Assembly: GCF_009834535.1 (NCBI RefSeq)
Contig: NC_045696.1
Coordinates: 62,001 to 126,000, forward strand
DNA length: 64,000 nt
Source of the DNA: Camelus ferus
Taxonomy: Eukaryota
Direction of reading: 5' to 3'
The position numbers and the translations under genes are program-made. Under the pieces are notes generated by a model. The model ran no database searches and was not told the DNA's origin. It worked only from the letters and a program-made list of their open reading frames with translations. This document shows, one piece after another, positions 1 to 9,900 of the stretch. Each line of letters opens with the position of its first letter. Position 1 is the stretch's first letter.

Positions 1-1570
1 TCAATTAGACTCTGAGTTATCATAGCGTAAGTAACATTAGCCATAAGATTAACAACTCGAGCTTTATAGATTGATTTGCTAAGGGACACTGCTGCTACTG
101 AAACAGTAGCAAGAATAACAATGGCTGAAATGATAAAAGCAGTCATCCAACCAGTAAAGCGTTTTGGTCTCCACTTTGAAATGCATGATTAATTTAACAA
201 AACCATTTTCAACCTTCCAGGGGTGGGTTAAATTAACACGTAGCCAAACCTGTGGTTGTCACTTTAGGATGAGAACCTGTGAGATATTGAGGAAGTTGTT
301 TATTGGGCCAATACAAGAAGTATACCAGGCCAGAGGCTGGGCATGGGTAATATAAAGTCCATCTTCTAATGTAACATTAAGAATAGAAGATATCATACAA
401 AAAACATAAGTGTGAGTAGCACACAATAATACATGATCAGAGACATGAGAGTCTAAACCAATACAATAAAACTGAGTATTAATAACTGTATTAGTAACAT
501 ATGTGCCATGTGATAGAGTTCTGGGAAAGAAAGGCAAAGCCATGGGCTAGAGATTAATGTGCCAGGGACTATAAGCATGAGAGTCAGAGAGGTGTAAAAC
601 AGGTCCAGAAAGTCCCCCATCCATCCAGGTTACTTGGGAGGGGGCTGGAAGGCCAAAACCAATACAAGTATGATTAGCAGAAAGATATGTTTGTGGGCCC
701 TGATCACAGGCTGTATAGTTAATAAGTGGGGCTCCAAGGGGATTGGACACCCATCAAAGGACCCAAGAGATGGATTACTACAAGGACTTCACTCTTTACA
801 TATATGACAATGAGCAACAGGTGGAAGAAAGGCTGCAGAGGTTGTTTGATTAATGTCAAAATCTGCAGCAAAAATGAAAGTTTAATTGGCAGGTTTTGTG
901 CCAGTCTTTAGGTAAATAATACAAAAGTATGGGTCTTAGCACATAAGCAAAAGGATGAAGGGATATTAGACACAAAAATTGGGGTGGGAGAGGTGATCAA
1001 AGAAGCAGTTTCATTTAACATCATCCAATCACTATTTTCTAACAGATGACTTTGAGGAGGGAGCCAGACTCCTTCAGTTCATTGAGTATCATTAGTGCTG
1101 AGTGGGGGGTCTGCATCCCACCAAGTGACTGGCTGGAAAATCAGAAGGTCAATAATGTGAGCCCAGTACAGATGGGCCCCTGTACTTAAAGGAAGTGACA
1201 GAAATAGTAAAAGTAGCAACAATACCTGACTTAGTGCATGAGAAATTACTGCTAGATATGCCAGAAATCTGTATTTTGGAGTGTAAGGCAGTTTTGCCTC
1301 CCTCAGGACCTTAGTGGCCTGAGAATCTAATTTCTTTATCTGGCCCCAAGAGATGTTAATTGCTTCCCGGGTGGAGGCTGCTATCCGGGGTGTTGCAGAG
1401 TCAATCTGACATTTCTGTTTAAGAGGGCTTTGTCCTGTTGGCTTCATTGGCTTTGATATTTGCCGTCCTTTCAGAATTAGATTTTTAATTCCCTTTGCAA
1501 GCTGCAGGTCTAGAGTTGGGTGCCTCTGGTTGCTCCAATCCATGGGACGGCTTGATAAAGGGTTTGACAT
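1..1570 (-). pseudogene. env: env pseudogene, beta-type, with long signal peptide; cut by the window edge within TM
   Basis: ORF 1079-1570 has SWGQIKKL, a hydrophobic signal anchor ending LPLSTGA, then YWAHII...PVTWWD...NDT as in beta-type SU. Furin site RPKR at 159-170 is followed by a hydrophobic fusion peptide FTGWMTAFIISAIVILATVSVAAVSL. Confidence 0.92.
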
Positions 1571-4060
1571 GATGAACAGGTAGCCACCTGGCTAGCAATT
1601 CATAACGGCCCTCCCAGTTTGGTGACTCTAGGGCTGTATCTTTGATAAGAACTTTAGCTTTTGAGATATCCTCTGAATGCTGCATAAAGTTCTTTTCTGC
1701 TACTGCTAAACCTTGGGTATCACAGCTAAGAAAATTAAGGGTGTACAATGTTTTATTCAAACAATCTGCTGGTGGTGTCCCCGATGGGTTCCCCCTTTTT
1801 TGTTTTAACATTTGTTTTAAGGTATGATGGGATTGTTCAATAAGTGTCTGACCTGTGAGATTATAAGGAATTCCAGTAATATGTTGAACTTCACAATCTT
1901 AACAGAATAGTTTAAATTTTTGAGATATATAAGCCAGGGCCATTGTCCATCTTAGTCTGTTGAGGCTTACCCATATATGCAAAAGAGAGATGTTTGAAAA
2001 AATGTTTAGTTTGTTTCCTGGTATGCAGGGAGGATGAGACAAAATGAGAAAAAGTATCAATGGAGACATATAGATATTTCAATTTCCCAAAGGATGGGCA
2101 TGTATGTGATGTCCATTTGCCATACCTGATTAGGGGATAAGCTTCTGAGGTTGACACCCCTTGATTGTTGACTCTTGGCTATTCATTGACAGTCAGGACA
2201 GGCAGCAATGATTTGCTTAGTCTGTGCCTTGGTGAGATGAAACTGTTTGATGAGGGATTTATAATTTTGGTGAAAAAACTCATGAGAATGTTGTGCAGCC
2301 TTAAAGTCCTAGCTAAAGCCAACAAATTGATCAGCAGTTTCAATTCCTAATGTCAAAAGGCCAGGCAGATTACTGTAAGAGTGAATATGGGTGATGAATA
2401 AAGGTTGTTGTAATTTATCAAAGAAGGATTGAAGAGAAAGGAAAAGAGAGAATAGGTTTTAAGTATTTAAGTCTTTTACAATAGCTTTCTCTATATGCTG
2501 CACTACATAAAGAAAATACTGAGAGTCTGCAACCATATTGAAGGATTGGGAAGAAAAGTGTTGTAAAGCCATAATGGCAGCTTTCAGTATAGCTCTCTGG
2601 GTAGAGAGCCAACCTGAAGTAATCAAGTTTTTCCAGATTTTTTATAAAACCATACAATGGCCAATTTAGTAGTTTTTCCAGAACCATCAATAAAGTCTGT
2701 AAGAGCACCTGGAATAGGGAAATGTATTTCCTTAGAAAGTAAAGTGGCTTTAAGTAAAGATAATTTTTGTAATAATTTGTCTGAGAGAAAAGAGTAAATA
2801 AATTGTCCCATGAAGTCAGCCAAAGCTGTCTGAAATTTCAAAGACTGTGAGAATAAACAGCTTAAGCTCCCAGTGAAATTTCAGGGAAGATAACATCAGA
2901 GTCATAACCAATTAGTTGTTGACAGCAAAGTCGTCCTTTGAAGAGCAAATTTGTAAGCTGTTGAGTATAAGCCATTAAAGTTTTTCTAAAGGAATGAGGA
3001 AGGAAAAGCCATTCAAGGCACCTTCATCCATTAATCAGCTGTCCTAAGAGACCTGTGGGAGAGCGAAGGGTTGGAAGAAGAAATAGATAAACAGGATTTC
3101 CAATTTGTCAATGAGAAAGCTGCTTTTGCAAAAAACTTGCTCCACAAGGGCTACTTCTTGCAAAGCTTCCAGAGTTAGTGCTCTTGGGGAGTCTAAATCA
3201 GGGTTCTCTTTTAAAGTATTAAACAAGTTAGACAACTGACCTGTAGGGATGCCAAGAACTGGACGGATCTAGTTAATGGCCCTGAGAAATTTTTGAAAAT
3301 CATTGAGTTTGTAGGTTTTCTGTCATTAAATGAATAGGTTGAGACCAGACAGGTGCTAAAACAATTTAACCTAGATATTTTCAAGGTTGCTAAATTTGCA
3401 CTATCTGGAGCTATCTTTAAACCAAAAGAAGCCAAGAAGGGTTGTAGAAATTCATAAGCAGAGATTAGTTGTGTCTTTGAAGGAGCTGCTAAAAGAATGT
3501 CATCCATACACTGATAGATCAGACAAGCAGGATGTCAAGAGTGAGTTGGAAGCAGAGCTTGATGAATGAAATATTGACAGATGGTTTGGCTATTAATCAT
3601 CCCTTGCAGAACAACTCTCCACTGGAAACGTGAAAGAGGATCTTGATTATTTACAGTAGGTAGAGAAAAGGCAAAACTTTCTCTGTCTTGTTCAGCTAAA
3701 GGAATGGTTAAAAAAAAAAAAGCAGTGTTTTAAGTCAATTACAATTAAGGGCCAATCAGAAGGAAGCATGGAAAGATTAGGGAGACATGGCTGTAAGGCC
3801 CCCATCAGGTGAATGGTTGCATTATTAGCTCTTAAGTCATCTATTAATCACTATTTGCCCAACTTTTTTGGAATGATGAATATAGACGTATTCCATGGAC
3901 TTGTAGAGGATTTAATATGTCCAGCAGCCAATTGTTTCTGAATTAATAAATTTGCTTGAGAGAGACAGTCCCCTTTTAGGGGCCACTGCTCAATCCAAAT
4001 GGGTGTGGACGAAGTCCAGACCAGTGGAAGGGGAGCTATCTTAACAGTGGCCCCTACTCA
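1485..4060 (-). pseudogene. pol: pol pseudogene (RT, RNase H, integrase)
   Basis: RT motifs [36 protein letters not shown] and CMDDILL (YMDD equivalent, 3499-3510). RNase H FIDGSG in ORF 2623-2841. Integrase H-H-C-C (HEFFH...CPDC, ~2185-2290), core VSIDTFS, KMDNGPG and GIPYN. Many stops and frameshifts, including a T-run at ~3709-3721. Confidence 0.95.
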
Positions 4061-4751
4061 AAAGACTCTATAATGACTTTCCATTGTTTTAAAATGTCTC
4101 TGCCCCATGGGAAGACCAGAATGGGTAAAATAAATGGTTGGATATAAATGACTTGCCCCTCAGGGCCTACATATTTGAGAGAATTTTACTTTGCATTGAC
4201 AATTTGTTCCACTAACACCAGTAATGATTGATTGGCCTACAGACTTTTCCCATTTAGGAGGCCTTTTGTGTTGCATGATAACAGAAATTTCTGCCCCTGT
4301 ATCTAATAAACCGTGAATAGTTATGCCATTTAGATTTACCAGTAAAAGAGGCTGTTGAGACTCAATTCTTTCTGCCCAGTAAAGGGCTGTTATAGCTAAA
4401 GGAGGACATGAAGTCAGGAGGATTGTAAAAGCACTTTTACTTTACCAGCAATGTTAGAATCAAGTAATTGAGGTAAAACCAGAATGCCTTGCTGTGATTT
4501 GCCTGAGCAGCCTATGATTAGACCTGGATCACTTAAGGGAAAGGGCCAGAGATTCCAGTAGAGGCAGAGTATATACAATCTTGTTCCTTAAGAATTATAT
4601 CTGAGGTATAACATAAGTCCACTGTGGAGACATAGCTGAAGGGGTTTCCATAGGACAAGACTGAGGATTCTGGGTCATAAAGACCTCTGTTTGAGCTGAC
4701 CAGGCAGGATTGTTCCACTTGGGGTTTGGGATGTGGGAGCTTGCACCCCAC
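4054..4751 (-). pseudogene. pro: pro pseudogene: truncated dUTPase followed by retroviral aspartic protease
   Basis: dUTPase-like remnants STVDLC...TGISGPFP and GLIIGCSG...LLDSNIAGKVKVLL. Protease YWAERI...GLLDTGAEISVI with DTG at 4295-4303 and C-terminal PWGRDIL at ~4091-4110. Confidence 0.9.
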
Positions 4752-6158
4752 TTCACATTTTGTGAAAACAGGTTGCCATCCTTATCAAATTTAGAATGAC
4801 ATTGGTTTGCCCAATGTCTTCTTTTGTCACACTTGGGGCAGTCTTTGTTAGGTAATTTTTGAGGTTGACCTCCTTGCCCTCCCTTATTGGATTGGTGGCA
4901 TTCCCTTTAAACATGGCCATGTTTACCACACTTAAAGCAGGTCACAGCATAAGGAATTTCATTAAAGATGCAAGGACCTGGGCACTATAGGTTTCAGTTC
5001 CCACATATTGGCAAGCTCTTACATAGTCAGCAATAGTTTTGTTTTGAGTTTGAATACTGGCAGGAGATGCCTGGCAATCTGCATTAGCATTTTAATAAGC
5101 CATCTGTTGTAAGAGCACTTTCACTGCCTCCAGGTTATCTACTTGGTGAGAGATGCTCTGTTCTAAGTGATTAATAAAATCAACATAAGATTTTTCAGTG
5201 CCTTGTTGAATGGTAATAAAGGAGCCAGTAGCAGTTTTGGTATTAGGAAATTTACACCATGCCATGATGGCAATATCAGTACATTGCTGAAAAGTCATCC
5301 CATCCATATGGATCTGTGGCTGAGTATCAGCATAGTGACCTGCTCTTTCAAGTATTTCTATAGATATGTCTTACCAGCTTTAGCATCATGAGCAGCTTGT
5401 AAGAGACAATCTTCATGATATTCAGAAGACCAAACAGCAAACTGAGCAGGAGTTAAGACAGTTTTTATAAGAGCTGTAAAATCCCAAGGAGTCATAACAT
5501 TTGCATTTTCAACTATATAAAGAATACCTTTAGTAAATTAACTTTGAATCCCATTTTCTATAATACTAGCTTTTAGGTCCTTGAATACTAAGAAATATCT
5601 TCATACTTAGCCTCATACTTAACACCTTGCCCATGCCCTGTAATCACCAGGTAAGCATGTGGTTGTTCTAAATAGTAAGCCTTCTTTAAAACATTTTTCC
5701 ATAGCTTACAAACATGTTTGCTTACAAACATACTCTTCAGGAGTGGAAGGAGGAGGCAGTAGTAGTAGCAGATGTCCTGTGAAAGAGAGGCAGACGGTGT
5801 AGAAAGGACTGGAGGAGAAGAAGTAGGAGGAGAGGAAGGGGGAGAATGAGATTCAGGTTTAGAATAATTATTCTGCAAGGAAGGAAACAAGGGATATAAA
5901 GCAGTGTGTATCAAAGTCCAAGTAGTTAAAATGAAAGTGGGGATTTTCTCCCCTTGCTGATGTCTATATTTTAATTTCTTACCAATGAGTTCCCAAGGTT
6001 TTAAATCAATTGTTCCATGATTTGGAAACCAGGGACAAGTCTCCTGTACCATTCTTAACAATTTAATAAGTTGCTCTTCTGACAGAGCAATGAGATGCTT
6101 TCAGCAGCTGCTGCAATGTACGTAGGTACATCATCTGTTTCTTGGATAGTTGACCCAT
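4595..6158 (-). pseudogene. gag: gag polyprotein pseudogene (MA-CA-NC)
   Basis: ATG at 6158 gives MGQLSKKQ (Gly2 myristoylation site). ORF 5588-6061 has the beta-type matrix motif CPWFPNHGTIDLKPWELIG. ORF 5092-5307 has the major homology region IQQGTEKSYVDFINHL. Zinc knuckles CFKCGKHGHV*REC (~4897-4940) and CPKCDKRRHWANQCHSKFDKDG (~4775-4840). Probable stop TAA at 4595-4597. Confidence 0.92.
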
Positions 6159-6320
6159 AATAAGAAAGTGAAAGGAAAACAAGGATCTCACTGAAATCTA
6201 GGCAAGTTGGCAACTATCTCAAACGGGCTTTGCTTTTTCCTTACCAGGATGAAATTTATAGGGATCTGGATGCAGTTTCTCTATCTTGCTATAAAGTTTC
6301 ATTCCATCTCTGTGTAGTCA

Positions 6321-6338
6321 ATCATGTCAGGGTCACCA
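6321..6338 (-). promoter_or_regulatory. Primer-binding site complementary to the 3' end of tRNA-Trp
   Basis: Minus strand reads TGGTGACCCTGACATGAT, a 16/18 match to the tRNA-Trp PBS TGGTGACCCCGACGTGAT used by avian sarcoma/leukosis viruses. Both mismatches are CpG transitions. It lies between the LTR end and the gag ATG. Confidence 0.88.
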
Positions 6339-6340
6339 GT

Positions 6341-6926
6341 TGTGGGTTCTGGCCTGCAGAACCCCCACCAAGATGAAATGAATTACTTGAGATTCTGTGG
6401 AAAAACTTCAGAGAGTGAAAGGGAGTTGGAAGCCAACTCCACGAGCCCACCAAATGCTCCCACATTTATTGTGTATAATCAAAGGAAAAAATCATTAACA
6501 GCTGTGTGATGTATGCAGGAATTTAGGGAAAGATAGCATGAGATGGAAAGTGTAGAATCCACAATGAGCATAAAGGCTTAATTTATCATTAGGGAAGTCA
6601 TGGGGAGATGGAAAAAGATAGATTCTTTAGATATATTAATTAGAAAGCAGACCACCAGATGAGCCAGTTCTTGTTTTGGGGATAACAGACTATCTAACAG
6701 CAGGCAGGCCAGCCATATATAGCTGAGGGCATGGGTCATTGCTTTGCAACGAGCACAGTGATATCTAAAATCTCAACTATGCAAGAAAGGCATTGTCACA
6801 GCTTTTAAAGATAGGAGACAGGAGTGCTGATGCACAGGCCCCAGCTTGCAAAGCAGCTACTGAGCACACGTGTTCTTCTTCAAGGTGAGAGGCAGCTGGG
6901 TTCTGTTACAATTTGATTCCCAATCA
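6341..6926 (-). repeat. 5' LTR of the class II ERV (~0.59 kb)
   Basis: Ends ...CCCACA two bases before the PBS. Minus-strand AATAAA at 6465-6470. Outer end is either TGATTGGG (6926), where satellite similarity begins, or TGTAAC (6910). No second LTR is in the window to confirm the boundary. Confidence 0.75.
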
Positions 6927-9900
6927 TGGGCTTTCATTCTGGGAACAGAACAGATGTGGAAAATTTCCTTCCTCTGAATTATTGGCAATGCAGGGATTTT
7001 AATATTTGTCCTGTAACCTACCTACATGTTATGGAGGAACATCTGTCCAACTCAAATTTAGACAACTCCATTAAGCTAACCAAATATTGCTTCTTTGGAA
7101 AGATATGAGGAATGTTGAAATATTGGTGAAGAAACCCTCTTCAGCATTAGTCAAAGTGCAATTAATTCTCTGGACCTTCCCCATTTTAAGGAATGAGATA
7201 TGTGGAAATTTTGCTTCCTCTCTTTTTGGGGACACATCAAATTTCAGTTTGAGGGACTAGCCTATCTGCATATTTGGAAAGGCATTTGTTCATAATCAAA
7301 TCATTAATTCACCTCTCATGAACATTTTTCTAGGAAGAATAGCAAGAAAGTGGAAATATTTGATTTTGAAATCTCTCCTACAGATGAGATACATCATATA
7401 ACACATCTTAATTCTGGAGAAGGAACGTTTGTGGGAAATTCATTCAATCTGCTTGGTTGGAAGTCAATTAATTTTTGCATTTGGGAAACACTTCTGTTTC
7501 AATGTTCTACAAGGCCATCACATCAACGCCACATGGAATCACGACTTTCTCGAATGTTGAATCATCTTTAGGAAACAAAAAGAAAATGTTAAAAGATATT
7601 TGTAGGAAAGCCTCTATTACCTTAGGTTACATGCACAGAATCTTGAAGACATGTTCTTTTCTGGAAATCTAATGGGTAAGGATAAGATCTTTGTCAGGCC
7701 TTATTTGAAGGAACGGTTTCTGTGTCTGGGGAAGAAGCCTATATCCATGTTCTGAAAGATGTTCACTCAAACTTGTCTTGAGATATCAAATTTAACCCAC
7801 CTTGAAAATGTTTCTAGAGAGCAAACCAAGAAAAGTGATAAATGGGGAGAATAACTTATGCCAGGAAAGCTATTGTGCCGAATCTTATACAAAGATGCAA
7901 CCCTGGGAATCAAACAGAAAAAGTTAAGCTACATAAAGTGCTTCATTGGGAGTATGGAGTTCTGTGGTTTCCAAAAGTAGTCTATGTGCCTGTTTTGGAT
8001 GGCTTTCACTCCAACTCATCTTAGGAAAACCAACAGCTGCTCACTTGATGATGCTTGTAGGATGCATACTAAGAAAGGTGAAAAGATTACTGCTTGAAAG
8101 GGTCTTTTAATTTAGGCCAGATGCACCCAAGTGTTGACAAACATTTCATCCTGGGAACATAGTGAATGCAGAAAATGTCCTCATCTATATGGGGTAATAG
8201 AGTTTTTGTGTTTGGGAAGTAGGCCTAACTGTAAATTCCTAGAGGCCTTTTCATATACCCGCATTAAGGCCACTCACTTAAACTCTTATTTGATTGTCTT
8301 TTGGAAAGAAAACCAGAAAGTTGGAAATATTGCAGATAGAATGTCTCTTGAGCATTAGACCAGCTGCATTGCATCTTGCTGATATTTTTTAGGAGTGGAA
8401 AGGTTGTGTGTGGGAAAATTCCTTCATCTGCCTTGTTGTGATCACAAAGGTTGTGGGATTGAGAAACCATCCTATTTGTGTGTTCTGAATGGCCTGAATT
8501 AAAACTCTCTGTGAAGTTATGAACTTTCCCTCACTGAAGCTCTCTACTGAGCAAACATCGTGATGAAAAGAACTACTTGGACAGGTTGAAGAAATTTATG
8601 TTACATGCACCCAGTCTTGGAAACATTTTTCCATCATGGAAACTAACACATTTGGATGTTTTCCCACTTCTGCCTTTTTTCAAAGACATGGATTTTGTTT
8701 TTGGCATATAGGCCTATCTCCATATTCTGTAAGATTTCACTGCAACTTGACTTTAGTTTCTCAGCTTCTCCAATCTTGAAATCCCACTAGGTAGCATTAA
8801 GTCCAAGGTGAAAAAAAATAATGGGAGAATAACTCCTCAATATTATGGTCTATGAAACATCTTATAAAATTGGATAAATCTGTGACACACTGGGATTTGG
8901 AAGTTGACTTCATCCAAACTTTCTGGAGCACAGAGCTTTGCATGTGGGCTAGAACTCTCTGTTCATACTCTGAAAGGCCTTCACTCAATCTCATTTTTAG
9001 AACACCAAATTCCCCAGACTCTATTAAGTCCATAGAAAGCATACAAGGAAATGTGCAAAGTAGGTTGTTAGAAAGTCTCTTGATATTCATGCTAGCTGCA
9101 AACAAAATATTCACATAGGTCTAGTAACAGAATTGCTGTGGAAAATTTCCTTCCTCTGAATTGTTGGAAATTCAGGGATTTTTACTTGGCCTATAGCCTA
9201 CCTAACATATTTTGAGGAAACACCTTGCCAACTCATATTTAAACACCTCATTTCAGCTAACCTAATATTCCCTTTTTGGAAAGATATGAGGAATGTTGAA
9301 ATACTGGTTCAGAGAAATCCTCTTCAGCATTAGTGTAGGTGCAATTCATCTTCTGGACCTTCCCCATTCTGAGGAACAAGATGTGTGGAAATTTTCCTTC
9401 CTCTGCCTTCTAGGGAACACATCAATTTCCAGTTGGAGAGACTAGCCTCTCTGCATATTCTGAAAGCCTTTGTTCATCATCCAACATAGATCATTTACTT
9501 CAGCTCTCATGAACATTTCTCTAGGAAGAATAGCAAGAAAGAAGAATGATTTGAGTTTGTAATCTCTCCTAAACATGACGTTGTATTCAATATATCATAT
9601 AACACTTCTCAATTCTGGGGAAGAAATGTTTGTGGGTAATTCACTCCATCTGCCTGATTGGAAATCAAATACATTTTGCATTTGGGCATCTCTAGTTCAA
9701 ATTTCCAAAAGGCCTTCACATCAACTTCACATGGAATCACAGTTTTCTTTTATGTAGAACTCTCTATATGAGAAAACAAAAAAAAATGTGGAAAGACATT
9801 GGTAGGAAAGTCTCTACTAACTATGTCTACATTCACAAAATCTGGATGACATGTTATTTCTGGAAATTGAATGGGTAAGGATAATTTCTTTGTTGTGCCT

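Larger units (their letters stand above)
1..6926 (-). mobile_element. Endogenous retrovirus, class II / betaretrovirus-like, decayed provirus; 3' end (rest of env TM and 3' LTR) lies outside the window
   Basis: On the minus strand the order is LTR, PBS, gag (MA, MHR, two CCHC knuckles), dUTPase remnant, protease (LLDTGA), RT (xMDD), RNase H, integrase, env (RPKR furin site). All reading frames carry stops and frameshifts. Confidence 0.96.

Noticed and set aside
1..1570. Domesticated (syncytin-like) env gene
   Set aside because: SU is broken by multiple stops and frameshifts.
1079..3860. APOBEC3 hypermutation of the ERV (probable TGG to TGA at 1079-1081, TGG to TAG at ~3852)
   Set aside because: Only two examples noted while most Trp codons are intact; consistent with neutral decay. 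A consensus-based G-to-A test would be needed.
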